DNA of 60,940 bases, the filler included, from Porpidia crustulata (taxonomy: Eukaryota): NCBI GenBank assembly GCA_964255105.1. It is 11 parts of 11 records of this genome, joined end to end, with 100 filler letters (N's around TTAATTAATTAA, not from the genome) between each part and the next. Parts side by side here need not be neighbours in the genome. Positions count along the whole stretch, not along the records: positions 22,250 to 27,706 come from CAXUWE010001807.1; positions 27,807 to 33,261 come from CAXUWE010001808.1; positions 33,362 to 38,805 come from CAXUWE010001809.1; 8 more parts are not named here. The stretch is one strand, 5' to 3'. Under the pieces are notes generated by a model that was not told the origin of the DNA, searched no databases, and saw only the letters and a program-made list of their open reading frames with translations. Of this stretch, positions 23,963 through 36,800 are shown in pieces (within the stretch, counting starts at the first letter, position 1; the number at the start of each line of letters is the position of its first letter). The position numbers were made by a program, and so were the translations under genes.

Positions 23963-26535
23963 TCACCCAAACCAACCATCCACTCTCACTCTCCCCACGA
24001 AGCTCACCACCACTGCCACCGCCACCCCGGCGCAGAGCACGCTGGGTCCGAGCCAATCGTGATACCGCACGGCTCTGCGCTGTCGAATCATACGCACCCG
24101 CCATAGATAGATCCCCAGACTATACGCCAAGCTGGCGACTGCCATGATGGTAAACCCGATAGCGGAATAGAGCGAGAGGGCGTCGCCGAAGTTGAGGAGA
24201 GTGGCGGCAACGGAACCGAGGATGATGCTGAACTCGAGCCAGGCGAGAAAGGTACGTTCGGTTGCGAAGAAGACTTTTGGTTCGACGCGGACAGGGACGT
24301 GGATCCGTTTCCCCGGTGGGGCGTGAAAGCGACGGGAGGTAATCTGTGGAACGGGATCGGCGGGGGGCGGTGTGTACGTCGGTGGAGTGGTTTTCGTGAG
24401 GGTTTTGAAGAAGTTTATACAGTAGGAGGGAATGGATACGATATGGTGTTTCAAAAGTTTCCGGCGGTAGTGCCACCCGCCAACTCGTTTGGCTTCTTCG
24501 AGGTCGTCACTTTCGTCATCAGAGTCATAGATAGGGTAGTCGTCTGGATGGGAGTGTGGAGCAGCGGCGATGCGCTCTTCGATGTCAAGGGTATTGGTAG
24601 GATCCGAGGCGCGGGCCATGTCGAACTGTTCCATTGCATCCCTGGCTTCCCGGAGGCGGCGCATACCTTGGTCAGTCTCCGTATTATCGTCATCTCGAGG
24701 TTCGTCTGCATTTCCATGGGCTTCCTCATTCCCCTCTTCATCTTCGGTATCAGTATCCAAGGGATCGTCGCTGGTAGAATAGCTGGCTGATTGATTAGGC
24801 CGCTCAATACCGAAACGATGCGTGATAGGCTTGCGAATATCTACATCCATCTGGGGCATCCAGAAAGGAAGTAGGTGGATTCTCGTTGGAAATAAGGTTG
24901 CAGTGCCGTGTATAAATTTGCTAAACTTAGGGACTGCTTCGACCAGATGGCTACTGATGAGTTCACGTACCCATTCTGGTGGTTCTTGGCCGGCCTGGGT
25001 TTGAAGCTTTACTTCAAGAACCGCGTACGGAAACCTCTCAACATCTTCAGCAGGGAGCTGTTTGAAAGGAAAATCGATGCCGATGTCCATCCGACGCCAA
25101 TTCTTGCCAGCGCGCTCTCGTCCGTCCAGATTATCCTCGCGGGTCATTGTCAGCTCCGTATCGAGTGAAATTCGGACCCGGGCGTCTCCCGGTAATTGAA
25201 AGGCAGTGCGATTGTAAAAAGATCTTGTGACGGGCACAAAGCCTCTGGTGATGACTCGATACTGTATTTCCCTCGCTAATTGTTCGAGATCTGCAATTTC
25301 TTTCTCACTCTTTTTGCCCTCCTTGCGCATCTTTTCAAATACATTCTCGACCTTCATCTTACCACTTAGGAAGGCGTTGACCTTTTTCTCTTTTAGCGAA
25401 AAGCGCGCTTTGACAGATTTCTCGCCAGTCCAATCTTCTCGGTGGGTCTTTCTCTCCACGAAAATAGTCTCGGTTTCCATTCCCCCATACCATCGCAGTC
25501 GTATAGCTTCCGCACCTTCGGTCTTCTTTAGGCGACCCATGTACAGTTCCCATGTTCCTGGATTATCATAGTAGATTGATGAGATGGCGGAATCTTTCGC
25601 TTCGAATTCTTTGCTTGCGTTGAAGACTAACACAGGGAGATGCTTGACGATATTAGCAGTAGACTCAATCGAGTTGTACCTATAGGCACACCTTCAGAAT
25701 GATGAGCTTCAATTCGGTGACGTTATCTGGATGAACCCAATACTTCGTGGTCTGCCGCACAAAATTTTGTTGACCACCGCCAGCCGCGCTATCACCTTTG
25801 ATCGGGTGCCCTCGGGTTCGCACAAGATCGTAGAGCCGCGACAGGTTGACGATAAAGGCGTCATAATTGTCCTGGAAGAAAGGTTTCGCTTTCAGCCGTG
25901 CAGCAAAGACAGGCCTCAGATGCCAAGACGTTTGTTTCTAACAAGCATCAGTGGTTATCTCCATTGGCCATGAAGATCCTGGTAGGCCAAGTACTAACAT
26001 CGTGTTTCTTGATTATCTTCTGAAAGCCCGTATAATTCAGCTGCGTGAACTTTGCCAGATCATGAACATCGGCGATTATGTCGCTCAGGTCTTCCTCTAG
26101 CAGCTCAAAATCCTGTTCCGTCGGCACATCGTCCTCTGAATCTATCACAACCCCATTTATAGGCGCCCTTTTCGGGCCTCTCTCATCAAGTCGGGCGATG
26201 ACATGAGTAACCTCCCTCTCGCTGGTTTTAATTCGTCTCACGATTTCCTCTGATTTCACCCGTTGAAACGAAAAGACTTTGTCGAGTTCTCCCTCTAGCA
26301 GTGCGACGAATCTTTTCTCGTCGTCTTCGGTCCATGGCCTTCGTTTTGGGTGTGGATGCTCCGAAGACGGTTCAACGTCATACGGGTTTTCCAGGCCCTC
26401 TTTTAGGTCATCGTAGGAAATGTAGTGCCATTGCCAGTCTTTTACGAGAGATGTTCTTAGCTGCTGGCCAAAGCTAGGGATTATCAGCACAACGGAAAAT
26501 TCAGATGGTTTGTAGGCGGGGTAAGGTTACTGCAT
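23963..26535 (-). CDS. VTC4: Vacuolar transporter chaperone 4, polyphosphate polymerase (SPX + VTC + DUF202 TM domains)
   Basis: SPX start [100 protein letters not shown] followed by three TM segments. Confidence 0.96.
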
Positions 26536-26807
26536 GGTTAGAGCGCCTTAGAACAGTCAGGATTGGGCCACGCCTCTATTGGAGGGATGACCGAGAAATC
26601 AGGGTCAATGGCATTTTCAAAACCATAGATGAACAATTGACTATGAAATAAACAATTACAATCAGAATCTCTATCTCTTGAGCAGCGGGATGCCAAGCTC
26701 TCGCCAGTGCGCTAATCATCTAGGAGCTCTTTCCTCCGCCGTCAGAAATTCCGAAGGCTCCGCCCCGCACTCTCTGCATGCAAAGGCCCATGGACCAATC
26801 AGAAGGC

Positions 26808-27404
26808 GCACGTGGGAGCAATATCAACATCATACTGTGTCACCACCTAGACACCTCATTCCGCTTTCAATAGTCTAGTTATATCTACAGTAATCATCAC
26901 CATCAAACCGACAAGGAATACTATGTATACCAACCCAATCTCTAGGACTGAGCGAAGACTGACTGACAAATACTTGATTATGCCTCCATTGCCAAGCTCT
27001 CTCTTAGGAGCATCTCTTTACTATATTCTGCTTGCCTTTCCGATCTTGAGGCGCCAGTGACTCCACAGTGTTCCGTAGCGCACTACAACGCAAGTCAGAG
27101 CGCTTTTCTTTGCGGTGGCTACTCATTTCTGTGCTGAATTAATCGATATCCGTTTGACGGACATACTCGGAGCACTAGCGCACGAGCCTGTTCTTGATAG
27201 ATATCCACGTTATCGTGAGTGTGCGAAGCTTTATTGTCTTAGATGTCTTTGATCTGAAAACCTTCTCTTACCGACCGCATTCTCGTGAAGTCTGAGAGCA
27301 GGTCGAGCGAGATCGTCCTTCCTACGTGGGCCTTTTCTGCCACTCATGTCCAACAAAACCACTTTTGGTGATGTTTTTGCACCAGCATTTCTATCACGTG
27401 GGAG
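26808..27404. promoter_or_regulatory. Cluster of Pho4/NUC-1-type E-boxes upstream of VTC4
   Basis: gCACGTGgg 26808-26816, CACGTT 27206-27211, TACGTGGG 27323-27330, CACGTGGG 27395-27402. Confidence 0.6.
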
Positions 27405-28089
27405 GAAATCTCAAGACCTTATTATAAATTCACATATGTTCTTCATATATTCGGTTATTGACTATTTTGTACATCAATGAATGAAGTTCCGTACTTCATT
27501 CGGATCCTGGCTCTCGTTCCTCTATCGTCTCATCAGGACACAGTTCAATCAGATCTCGATCTCTCCCACGACAAAACCGAACTCAATCGCCCATCAGCCG
27601 ATTTGCGTAGCATCAATCCATAGGGAATCGCACATAGTCACCAATTTAGCCGCAACGCATGACACGCACGGCCATATAAAGCACCCTTCGACCCCCTCCT
27701 CAAACCNNNNNNNNNNNNNNNNNNNNNNNNNNNNNNNNNNNNNNNNNNNNTTAATTAATTAANNNNNNNNNNNNNNNNNNNNNNNNNNNNNNNNNNNNNN
27801 NNNNNNTTATATCTTCCCATTAATCAATCAGACCGATAATTGGCGTTAATCAACGCTAATGATATCTAGTTTAATGCTGGATCCAAAATTCTCGTACCGT
27901 TCCCATCATCATCCAGCTGAAATTCGGAAAAATCCACAAATATAATTATCAATCCGTTTAAATATTGTAGCGAAATTCTGAATGCCCAAGGAAATATCGG
28001 GTAGGCAAGCATCCAGCCTTTTCCTCCATAGTCACATAAACTGCCGAATTAGGGTCAAACAGGTATTCGACTATGCTTGTCTTCCCTTT

Positions 28090-31000
28090 TTATACCGAAC
28101 CCCGGTCCTCCAGCAGCAGCGCCAGGTCTTCCATCTTCCTTGGAAAGATGACGGTACCGAACTTCAGAACGTCCTCCCTCCTCTTTTTCTTCCCCAGCTC
28201 CCACTCCTCCTTCGCCAACGCTGCCGCTCTTCGCGCCTTCCGTGACAGGACATCATCCTCACCCATAATCCTTCCGCTTAGCTCGGCGAAGGCCTCAAAG
28301 ACTGCTACGGTCTCGTCCAGCGCTCCTTGTGCCCATAGGATTACGCCCATCTGGAGGCCCTCGACGCTGCACACCTGCTTACCACCACTACCGCTCTTAC
28401 TGCTACAGTATAGATTCTCGAGAGCGCTAGCGAACATTTCTGAATACTTTTTTGCTTCAAGATCAGATTCTAGTGTAGATGATGACTGCTGATAGTTGCA
28501 GCTGTAGAAGCGGTGTAGCAGTAAGGCGGCGTGGAAGTACGACAGGCTGTTGATACCGAAAACAGCTTGCGCCGTCTCTAGCGTCGTTAGGAGTGTTTGG
28601 AGGGACTGCCCCACGTGTCCTTGGAGGCGTTGGGACGTCGAGAGGGTCTTCTTCAGCCATACATAGGCGCTCTGCAGGTCTCGGGCTAGATCTCGATCCA
28701 ACGCGATTGGGTCGATGGGCTGCGCGGTGCGCTTGCTGTAGAATATCTGATTGATGACACGCTCCGTTTCTGTGGGCCGACCGAGCTTGTTCATGATAAT
28801 GGTGTAGTCGAGGCTTACAAAGCAGACTTGTATGCTGCTATCGCCGATCGATATGATCTTCAGGAATACGGAGAGCATGCCGTCTAGATCTTGTGTCGCT
28901 GCGAGGCGGCTCGCTTCGATGAGGAGCTGAGATACTTGCAGGGGTGCGTAATCAGGTTGTTCGGCAGAGTCGACGGGTAAGGTGCTGTAAATCGTGAGGA
29001 GATCGGCTTCAGCAACTCTATGGTAACTGTAGTAGGCTTTGATGAGGATGCTGAGGAAGCTCAGGAGACATTGGACGCGGACGGGAGGTACGACGGACAA
29101 GAAGACGTCGCTAAGATATTTGGGTGTGAAAGAGAGACTGTCCGTGGTTGGCTCCCTCCTGGAGGTTGAGATGGCATCAATGTTGTTATCCTTCTCAATC
29201 GTCTGTTCATCGACAGCGGGTGATGTCGGCCAAGGTGGTGTTTCAAGTCCGGGCTCTTGATTGGCTGGAAGGAGAACATAACTTTTTGTACGTGATGAAT
29301 CGCATTCCGTGAATCCATCATCAGGTTTTGGGGAGTTTTGACTCTTGTCTGTGCTGGAGGTGATAGCTTTCGATTCATGGGTGGCCTCTATGCCTTCTTG
29401 GATCGACTTTCCTATTACCAATGCCTCTGAATCAAACGTTTGAGTCAGAGCTCTTGTCAGAGTATGCAGGGTCAGAGGACCGTCTTGCATGACATCATCC
29501 TTACTCGGCAGTGATATCTGAGTCTTGCCATCAGATGTGTCACTCCTTTTCTGGGAGTCGCTCGCTTTCTCCAATGCTGTTCTCGCCGATGGGGTCATCT
29601 GCTTCAGCAAGTAGCGTAGTATAAACTGTTCGAAGGTAATGTCACAGGGGATGAATTGCACTGTAGTTGCCTGGACCTCGATAAGTGTCACCATGGCGAC
29701 GACGGAAAGATGTTCCTGATCTTCCAAGTCCTCTTCTAGGACATTCATAACAATCTCGGAGTATCTATGCAATTCATCCATGGCACCTTGATTTTGCCAT
29801 GCGAATTTGTAGTGGTTCTGAAGCAAAGTAAGGCAACAGAATATTCTTTTGCGTCCTCGGCCATCTGCTGGGAGGCTCTTGATCTCTTACATCTGCTGCA
29901 TTTGTTCTCGAACGTGCGGAAAGTATACCATGTCAGCCTCAACGGCTGCGGACGCTTGAACAAGCCAGGAAATGACTCTTAATTTCCAACGCCACTGGTT
30001 CTCAACATTCAATCTTGCACGACTAAGGTAATGCACTAACGGATGTAGGAAGATTGATTTCTTGCCCGCCTCAATCTTAACACGGATGAGAGAAAAGGAC
30101 ATGAGCACCTTAATTCCATTGAAAAACTCCTTTTCATCCTTCATCACCTAGGCACGAAAGATAGCATGTCTCTCGTCGGTAGACAAAATCAAATCTTCCC
30201 GTACACCCTCCGCAACCAGAAAGCCCATAAAGCATAAAAGCCTTACCGCGGCCATGTCCCGCTCCACAATTGCGTTGAATGTCATATTGAAGGTCTCGAA
30301 TACTGACTCTTTATGCACAGAAAACGCTGGCGATCTCTCTAGCGTGTCCCTTCTATTGTTCTGGAATTGCTGGAAATATTCCTGAAGGGTTCCACCGACA
30401 GACTGTACGTAAGCCCCAGCATGTTCAATGGCAAGAGCAAGGTAACCAAGTGACTTCGTGATTTCGGCGCCGGTGACGTCTTCCGTTGAAGTAGGATGAT
30501 GAATTGCGGCCTTATGAAAGAGGAGTGCAACGGCGTCTTCTGCTTTCATCTCCCCTAATTCAGTCGCACTGCCAAGTTCTGTAGCCTCTCTATTTCGACT
30601 TGTGACGATTATGCTTTCTTTGTTAGTTGGGGGTATAAGGGCTGAATGTCTACCTCATTCAATTTATCCGCATTGTCGATCACCAAAAGCTAATCTCCCT
30701 GCTTATGATCCGTGAACCAATTTCTAACAGAGTCAATAGCGGTCTGTAGATCCCCACCAGATGGAAGACCCAGGTCAAGATATTTGGCAATGTCCGCGTA
30801 AGTTTTCCGTAAAGTTGTATTGCTTGCGGCAGTTACCCAAAACACGGCAGAGTATCTTGATTTATTTCTAAAGGCATAGGTCGAGACCAGTTAGGTCTTA
30901 CCGGCGCCTCCAGGTCCCCAGACAGCTACCCGCTGCTGCTCTGCGTTTGATGATACATCTGCGAGATGGGCTTGTAGCCAAAGCAACTCTTTTTCTCGTC

Positions 31001-32050
31001 CGATGAAGTGACTGTTCGAGAGATGTGGTATTCGGAGAATTCGTTTCTCTTGAGTAGAGGGAACCACCCCTGGCAGTAGATCAGGCTTTTGATCATATCA
31101 ATCCAAGAGGAGAAAATGATGGTGTAGTTCATGACTCACTATCTCGTGCGTTCCCAGCAATAGGCTCGTCGTTCTTTCCTTTGCGCTGGCTATCAGCAAC
31201 ACATCTTGCAATCACTCTAGATAATATCCCTGTCGTTTACATCGCTAAATCGAGCCATTTCCATGTGATTCCCTTTTATAGTCTCTACAATCTCCAAGGA
31301 GTTGTCGAGCTTCGACGAGCAGTCACTGACCACCTTGCCGCTGTAACCCTTCAACCCTGAGAGTCCTGAACTTTCCTGAAAAGAATATACGATGAAATCC
31401 TCCAGTTGCACCATTTTCATGAATTCGGAATTGATTCTGTCAAGAAGTTCGTTCTCCGCCTCCAGTGAGCTTGCGAGGTGTGTGTTCGTGTCGTGTAAAG
31501 AAGCGTTGGCTAACCGGGCTAGTGTTTGGCCCATGCTGGCCATCTTGCTACCGCGGTGTGGGACACCTAGGAAAAGTACATGTTTTGTGCATCGGTGCAA
31601 CTGTTGGTACCTCGGACTGATGTGTGATTTCGACCAGTGAAGACCCTCTTTCACGAGGATACCGCCAAGACTATGCGCTACAAAGATAATCGGCTCACTT
31701 TCAACGTCTCGCTCTAGCTTCAGCATCAGGTCTTGCCCATGTTGAGTGATGTTGTTTTTGCTTGCGCCCTCGAAAAGGCTTCCAATGACGTCGGCATCGT
31801 AGCCATAGGTTAGAATTCTCGCATTCGGAATGTGTTGTGGAAGCAGATCTTGTGGCCAGTAAGTCGCCTCAGCATCAAGCTGTTCTGATTCATTCTCTGC
31901 TCTGGCCGATGATGCAGACCTTTTGTGGCTTCGCCAACCGAAGAGGCGGCTGGAAGACTTGACTCTTTGTCCTTGATCCTTTTACGGGGAACGCTCCTGC
32001 TCCCACGTATGTCGCGGATGTCCATGAAGCCCATGGACAAAGACAATGCT
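28090..32050 (-). pseudogene. Fungal NLR-like gene: SesB-like alpha/beta hydrolase + NB-ARC + helical (TPR-like) C-terminus, disrupted
   Basis: IVFVHGLHGHPRHTW, YWPQDLLP, RILTYGYDA, FVAHSLGG, FLGVPHRGS, NHMEMARF; P-loop WGPGGAGKT; Walker B LLVIDNAD; IIVTSRN; LGYLALAIEHAGAY; LHPLVH. Internal stops at 31982, 31217, 30891, 30690, 30148, 29887 and a frameshift near 30637. 5' end unresolved. Confidence 0.88.
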
Positions 32051-32826
32051 AAGGAAGACCAAATCTTAGTACTTAGTTAGGATCCAATCCGTTCCAGCAC
32101 AATTCGGGAAGAGAAGTCCATCAGGACGATTACCGCAGTAACTGTCAACAAACAGGATCCCAAGAGTGTCGCTCGTGATCAGCGCATGCGTCTCACCTAC
32201 ACAATATCTTGGAAGTAAAATAGACGGGACTGAATAGAGAATGGAGCGCAGCCACTTACTTTGCTACTGGCTTGCAGGAATCCTTTTCACCCGTGCCAAG
32301 CACAGAGAATCCCAAGCGTTGAACCGCATTGCTACTCATCGCTAATTCTACAAGCCAATTTGGCAGGACATCGCCTTGTTTTCAACACAACTTTATGGCA
32401 GATGAAGAATTTCATCGACGCCGGATGGAGGCTCTGCATCCTCTCTCTCGGTGTTCGAACGCTAAACCCTTCCACTTCTAGAGTTGTCTGGTTGCGGACA
32501 TTGCCAAGTGACCAAGGCCGCAGTCTAGACTGTCCAAAAAGGCCTGTTGGATGATTTTGTTGTTTATTGGACAACGCCGTTATTGGCAAGTGCATTCGGT
32601 GCTTCGCAGAATGGTTGGCGGAAGTAGCCGCGCGGCATTTTTGCGAGCTCACCTCACCAAAATTGGCGGGCACCAGGGAACAGCAAAAATGATATTAGAT
32701 CGGGGGCCACATAGCTCCGGAAATTTAATTGCGGTGTAGAACCGACTTGCAGATTTTGCCCATGCAATGGGAGAGCTGCACCTTTGCGGCGATTTATCGA
32801 TTTCTGGCTGGGAAGAAGACGCTCGG

Positions 32827-33020
32827 CTAGGGTTGAAAGTAGTTGAACACGGGTTGAAAACTCGAGCGTCGAGATTAAGCATATAATGTCCTCAACTCAA
32901 GATGCGGGTCGCAGCTCGGGAGGGGTTGAAAATACTTAGCCACGGGTTCAAAACGCTAGCGTTAAATCTCAGCCCGCGACGAAGTCGTGAAAGTTGAGCA
33001 TATGCTGAACTCAACCCTAG
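32827..33020. mobile_element. Candidate MITE-like element (about 194 bp)
   Basis: Terminal inverted repeat CTAGGGTTGA (32827-32836) / TCAACCCTAG (33011-33020) containing TA; internal GGGTTGAAA repeats; AT-rich sequence follows to the contig end. Confidence 0.35.
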
Positions 33021-33819
33021 AGCAACACAGAAATATACAGCATGTACATAACATGTACGCAGCATACACAGAGCATATGCAGAGCATATGCTATTCTAAA
33101 ACTAAATATGTGACTTTGTTTTAACAAATTAAAAATTGTATGCGTTATATGTTTTAATACTAATTACATGAAGCATATGTTTGTAATGGTTGTCCCTTTA
33201 ACAACATAAGATATAAACAGAGAGAGTAATAGACTTCACTATAAGACTGCGGTCTGCGTATNNNNNNNNNNNNNNNNNNNNNNNNNNNNNNNNNNNNNNN
33301 NNNNNTTAATTAATTAANNNNNNNNNNNNNNNNNNNNNNNNNNNNNNNNNNNNNNNNNNNNCACCACCTTGATCCGGTGGGCTGCTGGGGATGTTAGGGA
33401 AGGTCTGATCGTAACATATATGTAATATCGATTTTAATAAATTTATATATGTTAGGATGAGACATGTGGTGCCCCCTACTAATAGGTAATTCAGATAGAT
33501 GATGGAATTTAGCCTAGCTAGAAGGGTAATCAACTAGGAACTAAAAGCTAAGGAAGGAAGGTAGGAAAGGATGGTGGAGCTGAATATCAGCGTGGGCGTT
33601 CGGCAAGCCTAGACCCGGTTGGGTAAGGCGCATATCTAATCAGGTAAGGTGTCCGCAGAGCCGCGCCTTACTGCTGAGCCGCCTACTTTGGCTAAGATTT
33701 AGGCGAGGCCTCGAAAGGCTGATAGGGCTGAAGAGGTATGTTCGTAACAATATACAGAAAACTACAAAAGAAGATTAACAAAAGGCTGCAGGTATTAGAA
33801 TATGAGTTATTAAATACGT

Positions 33820-36800
33820 TTAGTTACATTTCTTAATTCTTTGTGATCCCAGACTTTCTTCCATCGCTTGTCGTAATTCGGCGTCACTGAACCCCGTGGA
33901 CGATGGGTCACAAGCTGTCAATGCAGTTTTCCGGTATCCTTCCTCGATTTCGCATTGTCTCTTAACATAGTCGAGGATAATCTCTTCTTCGGTCTTTGAT
34001 CCCAATATCCTTGGTTCTTGAGCCCCGGATATCGTCCTGGATTCCTCTGCGGTCTTCTGCAGCTCCTCGTTGCATCCAGACCTGGGATGTTCGGCATTGG
34101 AAGTCCGTGATACCTGCATGGCTGATTTAATATTCTCATCATCGTCAGTATCTATTTCAGGGTCATCCGAATCGAGATGCGAATCTCGATCGTAATTTTG
34201 ATCGATATTTCGATGTTCCAGCAAGCTCTGCCGTAGTGCAGCTTCAAGTTGCCGATGATGGTTACTGACATCATCGATTCGATCGGAGGCGGTTGCGCTC
34301 CCATCTTTCTGTACAAGGGACGCTTCAGCGATGCTGGCCTGGATTGCCCTTCGGATAGCATCATCTTCGTCGCCCTCCTTAGAGGCCAATTGAAGTTCAA
34401 TAACGCTGGCTCGAATGGCTCTTTCGATTAACATATCTTCCTCGGGATTGCCTTTTGATGTAGCCACGATAGAATTCTGGATTGCCTCCTCAAATGATAA
34501 ATCATGAGAAAATGCACCTTTATCTGCGAAGTTTGGGGCCATGACAGTCTCGGCGCTAGGTAACGAGCTTTTCGAATGGATGCCCTGTGATTCGTATTCA
34601 TTATGCGGCTGTTTCCCCCTCTTCTTGGCTCCACTGGCCTTTATCTTTTCCGAGTAGCTTGTATGCCTCGATTTGAGCATCTCTTGGGGTGTGCGGAAGC
34701 TTGCGTACCGAATTTGATGAATTCCTTTGCTAAGCTCGACTTGAGTTGCGTGCCAACGACCGACAACATCAAGGCGCTCTGCTTGGCTCGACGCAATCCA
34801 TTCATCGTACCCTTGCGCTGTGCGAGCAGCAACTATATAATTCTGTACGCTTGAACCAAGGTGCTTCTGAAGCTCTTGATAGATTCCTTTGAAGGTATAG
34901 CCAGGTATGCCCCAAAAGGCTTGAAATGTCAGTCTCGCACGTTGTGTTCACAAGTAGCAAAACTAACCTGCGCCTGGTTTCAAGAACACGCCTCCAATGC
35001 CCTTGCCAAAACCCTTTATCAGACCGGACACACCTTCCTTCTTGGCGCCATCCAAAGGCTGCGTCACGAGGCCAGATATGCCATCGTAAAGCCCAAAGCC
35101 AAATTCCTGGACTAAGTCAACCCTGATACCATAGCAACTTGCAATAAGAGTATTACCTTTCCGGCAGCTCTGAGACCACTCTGAATACCGGTAATTTTTT
35201 CCGAGGGTCGGACACTCTCATCGCCGTATAGCTTTGGCGCATTGTGGAAACCTCGCGCTATGCTGAGCGTGAAATCCATGGGCGATTTGAGTCCCGCTTC
35301 GACGATCCGTCCAATTCCTTTTCCCGCTCCCAATGCGGCGTCGAGTGAGATCTGGCCAGCTTGGTTGCCAGAGACCGTCCGCTGATGGTGCTGAGAGGTA
35401 CCCCCAGGGGTCGATGGTCGGCTAGTAGATGATATCAAGCGCGATTCTCTGGGACCTTTGGACGAAGATCCTCTATCGCATAAGGCTGACATTGAGCCTT
35501 TTGGACTGTGAGCTTCTTTCTCTGTTCCAAGTCGGCTTGCTCCTGTTTGGACCGATGCTGTTGACACGTCTGGAGAGGTTCTAGAAAGGCGAGGCTGTTC
35601 GTTAAAAACAGGTTGCAATATCGAAATTGTGCCTGAGTGATCTGCAGCTAACTCTGATATACTGGATCTCGAATTGGATGGTGCACTTTCCTCTGTGGAG
35701 ACCCTTCCGGAAGGCTCCAATCCCGAAGAAGCCCGAGAGTCCACACCGTTGTTTGGATCAATAATGGTGTTGTCTTTCAAATTGCCTTCGAGCTTTGCCT
35801 TCTCCGACGGTTTGATCTTCAGCGCCTTCAAGATCTCCACCGGAAAGTCTACAGCGCCCATCATAAGACTACCTATTGTACCCAGTAGCGCCGAAGCACC
35901 ACCAGAGATGGGATCCCATGGACCGTCTTCGATTTCATATTCACGGGGACGATACCTGGTCATTGTCAGAATGGCTGGATGTCTGAAGGAAAGGGAAGAG
36001 ACGTTACAGTTTTATGTCGTTGAAATCTAAAAGACCCTCATTGCCCAAAGTTGCCGCTGCAAACGCACTGAGCTTTATGTCTGTTCGTTTGACCCTCCAG
36101 ACAGCCGTCCTACTTGGTGCTAAGGTACATCGGAGAGAGTCAACCTTTAACTCGGTATGAAAACTATGCGCGCCGGTTTCTGATCCAGTTTCTGATGCAA
36201 TACTAGCGCCGAGTTCTTGTGCTTTGGACAGTGTCGTGGGGCTAAGAGCGTCGAGGATAGCAGCAGCAAGTCTGTCTGATGTCAACTGCTTGCATGGGAT
36301 TGGTGGAGGTCCGGCACCGGCTTTGGCTACCATCGATCCCCAGAAAGGCTGATCTCCAAAAAACGGAACCACCACCGTAGGTTTACCCAGCGCAATGCCA
36401 GCTGCTGTGGTGCCAGCACCACCATGGTGTACAACGCAAGACACATGTTTGAAAAGCCAATCATGGGGAACGTTCCCAAGCATGAAAACATTATCAGGGA
36501 TACCAAGTGCGTCTGCACCTAGCCCACCCCAACCTTTGGACACGAGGGCTCGAGAACCTGTCTTCCTTATAGCTTCGAAGATCAACTTGGTCATAGCTGT
36601 CGGATCATCGACTACAATGGATCCAAATCCTATGTATACCGGAGGTGTCCCGGAGCTAAGAAATGCAGCTAGGTCAGGATCCGGTGTGTAGTTGTTGGCC
36701 AATGATAGAAAGTAGAAACCAGACACTGATATATGAGGCCCCCAATCTTTCGGCTTCGGGATCAATGCCGGGGACCTTAGCATTACTGAGTAAGCTAATA

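Noticed and set aside
19674..32050. Patatin + NLR as one immune locus
   Set aside because: Different contigs separated by artificial spacers; no linkage evidence.
33362..33800. TA-rich stretch as a RIP-mutated transposon fragment
   Set aside because: Composition is suggestive, but no recognisable element motif or terminal repeat.
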